Shown here: positions 58,503-64,000 of the stretch, piece after piece
How the letters are laid out: each line of letters begins with the position of its first letter
Position numbering within the stretch: the first letter of the stretch is position 1
From: Nitrospinales bacterium
GTDB lineage: Bacteria > Nitrospinota > Nitrospinia > Nitrospinales > VA-1
Assembly (NCBI GenBank): GCA_965223795.1
Contig: CBDCXL010000002.1
Span: forward strand, 1,120,001-1,184,000
Direction of reading: 5' to 3'
DNA: 64,000 nucleotides
Translations under genes and position numbers: made by a program
Notes under the pieces: model-generated
The model's input: only the letters and a program-made list of their open reading frames with translations
What the model was told of the DNA's origin: nothing
The model's database searches: none

Positions 58503-60944
58503 ATGTTTGCTGCTTCTCCGGAAAATGCGCTTCAAGGACTCCAGGACCCCTGGGTGATCTTTCTATCCTATCTCGTGGCCGTGCTGGCAGCTTTTACGGC
58601 ATTGAATCTTACGGGCCGTATCCGGGAAACGTCCGGGTGGATGAAGTGGTGCTGGATCACCGGCGGTGCGCTGTCTTTGAGCTGGGGAGCCGGGTCCACG
58701 CATTTCATCGGCATGCTGGCTTTCCGGCTGCCCCTGGAAGTGCGTTACGACGGGTGGATCGTTTTTTTCTCCTATGCCGTTGTCTCCTTCCCATCGGCCT
58801 GCGCTTTCGCCGTCTTCAACGCCGCCCTAAACCAGAAACTCCGAATCGGCTGCGGCAGTCTGCTTTTAGGCTGCGGGATCGCCGCGATGCATTATCTGGG
58901 CATGGCCGCCATGCAGATGGATGCCCACATTCAATACAATCCTTCACTGGTCCTGGTTTCCATTCTCATCGCCATCGCCACATCGGGCGTTGCTTTGTGG
59001 CTGTTCGACCATTTCAACGATCAAAAAAGACAGGCCACATATCCGCTGCGTTTGTGCGCAGCCGCAATCATGGGTGCGGCGGTGTTGGGCATGCACTCCA
59101 CCGGCATGAAGGCGGCGGAATTCATTCCAACCGCAACGGTGCTGCCGGTTCCGCTGGAAACGCTGGATGCCAATATTTACGCCCTCATCATCTCGCTGGG
59201 AACGATTCTGTTGTTCACGGTGAGCTTTTTTATTTCTTACTTCAACTTACAATCGGCGCAGTCCGGAAAGAGCGAGAGCGAGCTGGAACGATCCGTTCAC
59301 AAACAGGAAGCGCTTTTGAAAGACGCGCAGGAGCTGTATGCCAAGGGGAATCTGGAACGCCGCAAGATCGAATGGTCGCTGAAAGACACCCAGAGCCGGG
59401 TGCAGTTCATCATGGACAACGTGGTGGAAGGCGTCATCACCATCGACGAGGACAGCCGCATCGAATCCTACAACCCGGCAGTGGGAAAAATATTCGGCTA
59501 CGATTCCTTCGAGCTTCTGGGTCAACAAATCACCCAGCTCATGCCCGAGTCGTACCGCGATGCGCATTGCAATGGCGTGCAGCGATATCTGAAAACCGGA
59601 AACGCCAAAATCCTCGGCGGCAGTGTGGAGGTGGAGGGACTGAAAAAGGACGGCACTGTGTTTCCGCTGGAGATTTCCCTGAGCGAGATCGACCAAAAAG
59701 AGCGCGCCCTGTTCATCGCGACGATGCGGGATATCACCGATCGCAAAAAGGCGGAGAATCTTCTGATCCGCGACAAGGAAGTCGCTGAAGCAGCCAACCA
59801 TGCGAAATCAGAATTTCTGTCGCGCATGAGCCATGAGCTGCGCACACCGATGAACGCCATCCTCGGGTTCGGTCAGCTCATGGAACTGGACGCGGACGAT
59901 CCTTTGTCGGAAAACCATCAAGAACGGCTCAATGAAATCCTGAAAGCCGGCAACCACCTGCTCGAACTCATCAACGAAGTGCTCGACCTTTCCCGCATCG
60001 AAGCCGGAAAGCTCACTCTCTCCATCGAGGATGTCGACGTCAGGGAAGTGCTCGAGGAAACGCTCACACTCATCCTGCCGATGGCGGAGAAAAAAGGCAT
60101 TTCCGTCAAAAACAGCATCGAGAACAGAACCTTTGTCCGCGCAGACCGCACCAAGTTCAAGCAGGTGATGTTGAATCTGCTTTCCAACGCGGTCAAATAC
60201 AACATCGAGAACGGAAGCGTGATTCTCAGCATCGATGAAACCGGCGACGGGCGCGTCCGCATCGGGGTGAAAGACACGGGCAGCGGATTGACCGAGAAAC
60301 AGCAGGACACCATTTTCGAGCCGTTCAACCGGCTCGATGCCGATCAATCCGAAATCGAGGGCACCGGCATCGGTCTCACCATCACCCGGCGCCTGATGGA
60401 CCTCATGGACGGAGCCATCGACATCTCCAGCACTCCAGGAAAAGGCAGCACCTTCACACTGGAATTTAAAAAGGGAGAAGAAACCTTCCTTCCGCAAAGC
60501 GTGACCGAGAGCGGTGCCGACATTACGGAAACGGATGCACATTTAAAAAAATACAAGGTGCTGTATGTGGAGGACAACCCGGCCAACCTGACACTGGTCG
60601 AGCAGTTGTTGAAACCACAAAAGAACATCGAGCTGCTCAAGGCGCCCCAAGCGCAGATCGGCATCGATCTGGCCCGCGCGCATCGGCCCGACCTCATCCT
60701 CATGGACATCAACCTGCCGGAGATGGACGGAATCGAGGCCTTCCAACGACTTCAGTCCCATGAAGAAACGCGCAACATCCCCGTCATCGCGGTCAGCGCC
60801 AATGCCATGGAATCCGATATCAAAAAAGCCCTCAACGCGGGCTTTTCTTCGTACATCACAAAACCGTTCGATCTCAAAAATTTTGTCGATGAAGTCAATG
60901 CAATATTAAAAACCGGTACTCCGACCGGTCAGAATTTCTCATGA
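58503..60944 (+). CDS. Hybrid sensor histidine kinase (MHYT-PAS-HisKA-HATPase-REC)
   Basis: THFIGM/MHYLGM/MHSTGM repeats, PAS ending RDITDRK, MSHELRTP, NLLSNAVKY, GTGIGL, VEDN..LMDINLP..TKP. Confidence 0.93.
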   Translation: MFAASPENALQGLQDPWVIFLSYLVAVLAAFTALNLTGRIRETSGWMKWCWITGGALSLSWGAGSTHFIGMLAFRLPLEVRYDGWIVFFSYAVVSFPSACAFAVFNAALNQKLRIGCGSLLLGCGIAAMHYLGMAAMQMDAHIQYNPSLVLVSILIAIATSGVALWLFDHFNDQKRQATYPLRLCAAAIMGAAVLGMHSTGMKAAEFIPTATVLPVPLETLDANIYALIISLGTILLFTVSFFISYFNLQSAQSGKSESELERSVHKQEALLKDAQELYAKGNLERRKIEWSLKDTQSRVQFIMDNVVEGVITIDEDSRIESYNPAVGKIFGYDSFELLGQQITQLMPESYRDAHCNGVQRYLKTGNAKILGGSVEVEGLKKDGTVFPLEISLSEIDQKERALFIATMRDITDRKKAENLLIRDKEVAEAANHAKSEFLSRMSHELRTPMNAILGFGQLMELDADDPLSENHQERLNEILKAGNHLLELINEVLDLSRIEAGKLTLSIEDVDVREVLEETLTLILPMAEKKGISVKNSIENRTFVRADRTKFKQVMLNLLSNAVKYNIENGSVILSIDETGDGRVRIGVKDTGSGLTEKQQDTIFEPFNRLDADQSEIEGTGIGLTITRRLMDLMDGAIDISSTPGKGSTFTLEFKKGEETFLPQSVTESGADITETDAHLKKYKVLYVEDNPANLTLVEQLLKPQKNIELLKAPQAQIGIDLARAHRPDLILMDINLPEMDGIEAFQRLQSHEETRNIPVIAVSANAMESDIKKALNAGFSSYITKPFDLKNFVDEVNAILKTGTPTGQNFS

Positions 60945-61060
60945 TTTGAAATGCAAACTCAGACCGTAATTCGCATTCAATCTCTTTATCGATGGTGCTC
61001 AAAGGTCAAAATCAAATGTACCGGGAAAAAATAAAATCTCAAAATATGGAACGTAATGTG

Positions 61061-63070
61061 ATGTGTAAAACGGTTTTTCTCATTCTCACTGTTTTGGCAA
61101 CCGGAATTCTTTCACCAGCCCTTTCTGTGGGAGCGTCCTCAACGGATTTGTCCCAGCTTTCGCTAGAGGAATTGATGGACGTTCGTGTCACTTCCGTTTC
61201 GAAAAAAGAGGAGAACTTTTTTGAGGCCGCTGCGGCGATCCACGTGATCACGCAGGAAGACATCCGCCGGTCTGGAGCCACGGCCATCCCTGAGCTTTTA
61301 CGGACCGTACCGGGAATGCAGGTGGCCCGGTTCGACTCCAATTCCTGGGCGGTGTCCACTCGCGGTTTCAATTTTAATTTTTCCAATAAGCTGCTCGTGC
61401 TCATCGACGGGCGTTCGATTTACACGCCGCTCTTTTCGGGCGTCAATTGGGCTGCGTACGACCTCCCGTTTGAAGATATCGAACGCATCGAAGTTATCCG
61501 CGGCCCCGGCGGCACTCTGTGGGGCGCCAATGCGGTGAACGGCGTGGTCAATATCATCACGAAACATGCACAGGACACACAGGGGGGGATCGTCAGCGGC
61601 GGCGCCGGAGATGAGGAAAACGGGTTTGCCACATTGCGCTACGGTGGCAGGATTGAAGAAAACGCCCAGTACCGTGTTTACGGGAAATATTACGACCGCG
61701 AGGAATTTTCAGGCCTGACCGGCGGCCCGGGAAACGACGATTGGCATGCCACCCGGGGAGGATTTCGCGTCGACTGGCAGGCCTCGGAAAACAACTCCTT
61801 TATGTTTACCGGAGATTATTACGAAGGCGTCAGCGAAAACCGGATCAGCAATCAGGTGGTCTCTCTCACTGCCCCCTTCACGGCGAGCTTCAACGATGCC
61901 AACGATATCGATGGCGCGCATTTCCTCACACAGTGGAAACGCAGGCTTTCATCCCAATCCAATTTCGCTCTCAAGTTTTATTACAACCGGGAACGCAGAA
62001 AGAGCCTTTTCATTCCCAAAATTCAGGAAGACACGTTCGACATCGATTTCCAGCATCATTTCGTGCTCAATGACAGAAACGAAATCGTCTGGGGCGTTGG
62101 AGAGCGGCTGGTCTTTGATTCGACTGAAGGCAATCTCGGAACGTCTTTCAGCCCCGGAAGCCAGCTCGATCAGCGTTTCAGCTTTTTCGCTCAGGATACG
62201 ATCACGCTCGTTCCACAAAAACTTCGCCTGACGGTCGGGTCCAAATTTGAAGTCAACGATCGCACCGGATTTGAAATCCAGCCCAGCGCCCGGATATTGT
62301 GGACCCCCAATAAAAAGCAGACTATTTGGGCCGCGATCTCCCGGGCGGTGCGCACTCCTTCGCGGGCGGAGGACACCATCCGGATCAACGCCACCGTGCT
62401 TGCCGGACCGACGCTCGTTTCTCAAATAGGAAGCAAGGATTTCGAGTCGGAAGACCTGCTCGCCCTGGAGCTGGGTCATCGTGTTCAACCGCGCAAGGAT
62501 GTGTTCCTCGATGTGGCGACGTTCGCGCACTTTTACGAAAATCTTCTGACACTGGAAACGGGCGCCGCTTTTCTGGAATCGCAACCGGCGCCGGCGCACT
62601 TTGTTTCCCCGCTCACAGCAAAAAACCTGGGGTCCGGACAAATTTTCGGCGTCGAATTTTTCGCACAATGGAATGCGCTCGAGTGGTGGGAACTGAAGGG
62701 TGGATTCACCGCCATGACGATCGACTTCGATTTGAATGCGGGCAGCACGGACACGATTTTGATCGGCTCGGAAACCAACAACCCGGATTTCCAATGGCAA
62801 CTGCATTCCAGGATGGACCTGCCTCACCGCCTGGAATTCGACACGGCCTTGTACTACGTGGATGATCTTGAAAACCTCAACGTGGGTGATTACACAAGGC
62901 TGGATTTGAGACTGGGCTGGCACGCCACCGATCAGCTGGAATTGAGTCTTGTGGGACAGAATCTGCTGGATCCCCAACACCCTGAATTCGGCAACCTGGT
63001 CCTTTCCACAGGCACAGCCACCCAGGTGGAGCGCTCTGTGTACGGGAAAGCAACGTGGCGTTTTGACTGA
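61061..63070 (+). CDS. TonB-dependent outer-membrane receptor
   Basis: LSLEELM..VTSVSK, plug LLRTVPG, LLVLIDGR, IERIEVIRGP..LWGANAVNGVVNIIT, C-terminal beta strand ..WRFD. Start uncertain. Confidence 0.92.
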   Translation: MCKTVFLILTVLATGILSPALSVGASSTDLSQLSLEELMDVRVTSVSKKEENFFEAAAAIHVITQEDIRRSGATAIPELLRTVPGMQVARFDSNSWAVSTRGFNFNFSNKLLVLIDGRSIYTPLFSGVNWAAYDLPFEDIERIEVIRGPGGTLWGANAVNGVVNIITKHAQDTQGGIVSGGAGDEENGFATLRYGGRIEENAQYRVYGKYYDREEFSGLTGGPGNDDWHATRGGFRVDWQASENNSFMFTGDYYEGVSENRISNQVVSLTAPFTASFNDANDIDGAHFLTQWKRRLSSQSNFALKFYYNRERRKSLFIPKIQEDTFDIDFQHHFVLNDRNEIVWGVGERLVFDSTEGNLGTSFSPGSQLDQRFSFFAQDTITLVPQKLRLTVGSKFEVNDRTGFEIQPSARILWTPNKKQTIWAAISRAVRTPSRAEDTIRINATVLAGPTLVSQIGSKDFESEDLLALELGHRVQPRKDVFLDVATFAHFYENLLTLETGAAFLESQPAPAHFVSPLTAKNLGSGQIFGVEFFAQWNALEWWELKGGFTAMTIDFDLNAGSTDTILIGSETNNPDFQWQLHSRMDLPHRLEFDTALYYVDDLENLNVGDYTRLDLRLGWHATDQLELSLVGQNLLDPQHPEFGNLVLSTGTATQVERSVYGKATWRFD

Positions 63071-63153
63071 CCCGGTAGTAACGGGTGTTGAAGCAAACTT
63101 TGCAATTTTGATTTAAGAATCGACCGCCTTGCAGTTTGAGATAGAAACCGGAG

Positions 63154-63708
63154 ATGGATTTGAAACGGCTCAATAAAACAGGAATCGCTCTGCTGACCGC
63201 AATGTTTCTGCTTTGCGGACCGCTTGTGCCTTCGTTGGGAGCGGCCTCATTGGAGTATCAGGTCAAGGCGGCTTTTCTCTACAAATTCATCAAGTTCATC
63301 GAATGGCCGGCAGAAAAATTTTCCTCCGAACAGGAACCCTTGACCATTGGCGTGCTTGGAGATAGTCCGATTCTCAGCAGCCTGGAAGCTTTTTCCGGAA
63401 AGGAAGCTGGAGGACGAAAGCTGAAAATCGTCTCTTTGAGCGATGCAAATCGTCTGGGAGGCGTTCATGTCGTTTTCATCAGTCCTTCAGAAAAAAGACC
63501 ACTGCAGAAAATTTTGTCTTCACTGAAAGATAAAAGCATCTTGACGGTCAGCGAATCTCCTGATTTCGGCTCGCTGGGCGGAATGTTGAACTTCTACATC
63601 GAAAAGGAAAAAGTTCGATTTGAAATCAACCCGGAAGCCGCGCAGGCATCCGGAATCAATATCAGTTCAAAGATATTGCGGCTGGCAAAAATCGTGCACA
63701 CCCAATAA
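63154..63708 (+). CDS. YfiR-family (DUF4154) periplasmic regulator
   Basis: Signal peptide; EYQVKAAFLYKFIKFIEWP, ILTVSE, GGML, VRFEIN, ISSKILRLA. Confidence 0.9.
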   Translation: MDLKRLNKTGIALLTAMFLLCGPLVPSLGAASLEYQVKAAFLYKFIKFIEWPAEKFSSEQEPLTIGVLGDSPILSSLEAFSGKEAGGRKLKIVSLSDANRLGGVHVVFISPSEKRPLQKILSSLKDKSILTVSESPDFGSLGGMLNFYIEKEKVRFEINPEAAQASGINISSKILRLAKIVHTQ

Positions 63709-63727
63709 GGCGAAAGAGAAAAATCTC

Positions 63728-64000
63728 ATGGGATTTTTAAACAAACTTTCTCTGAAGCGAAAGCTGACCTGGATCATCATGCTGACATGCAGTTCGGCGC
63801 TGTTGATCGTCTGCTTTTCGTTCGCCATCTATGAAGTCGTCAAATTCAGATCCGACACCATACGCGAACTTTCATCTCTTGCCCAGGTCATCGAGAGCAA
63901 CAGCACCGCCCCTCTCGAATTCGGCGACCAGTCCGCCGGCATGGAAAATCTCCGGGCACTTCGCAGCCTCCCCAATATCATTGCTGCAAGAATTTTCGAC
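63728..64000 (+). CDS. YfiN-like membrane sensor with CHASE8-type periplasmic domain (truncated by window end)
   Basis: Manual translation: MGFLNKLSLKRKLTWIIMLTCSSALLIV...LSSLAQVIESNSTAPLEFGDQSAGMENLRALRSLPNIIAARIFD. The output domain is not visible. Confidence 0.78.
   Translation, partial: MGFLNKLSLKRKLTWIIMLTCSSALLIVCFSFAIYEVVKFRSDTIRELSSLAQVIESNSTAPLEFGDQSAGMENLRALRSLPNIIAARIFD

Noticed and set aside
58260..64000. Signalling cluster as a genomic island
   Set aside because: It looks somewhat more AT-rich by eye, but no integrase, tRNA or direct repeat is visible; not supportable without composition analysis.

Overview
A gene-dense, GC-rich chromosomal segment of about 50 CDS. I found no rRNA, tRNA, CRISPR array or intact mobile element. 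The gene content includes a five-subunit forDABGE-type 2-oxoacid:ferredoxin oxidoreductase operon and a Na+-translocating OadABG complex, which suggests an rTCA chemolithoautotroph, probably Nitrospina-like (inference, not a database result). Most genes are housekeeping or envelope genes: pgeF, mtgA, dnaN, aroF, glnD, orn, purBC, rnhA, mltA, pcm, hflKC, trkAH, rlmB, rpsU, two AsmA-like proteins and an alpha-2-macroglobulin. The most unusual structure is an exact 82-bp-period tandem array at about 18950-19242. Each unit starts with the first five codons of the downstream LMW-phosphatase gene. This produces three overlapping 29-codon mini-ORFs (MFK[I/V]C...) that run into the LMW-PTP/fructosamine-kinase operon. 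Other points of interest are a TonB-receptor/YfiR/CHASE8-sensor module next to an MHYT hybrid kinase, a standalone ArgZ-like arginine dihydrolase domain, an exported STI1/DP-repeat protein, an H1-like pentapeptide-repeat protein and REP-like palindromes. All family calls come from motif recognition by eye.
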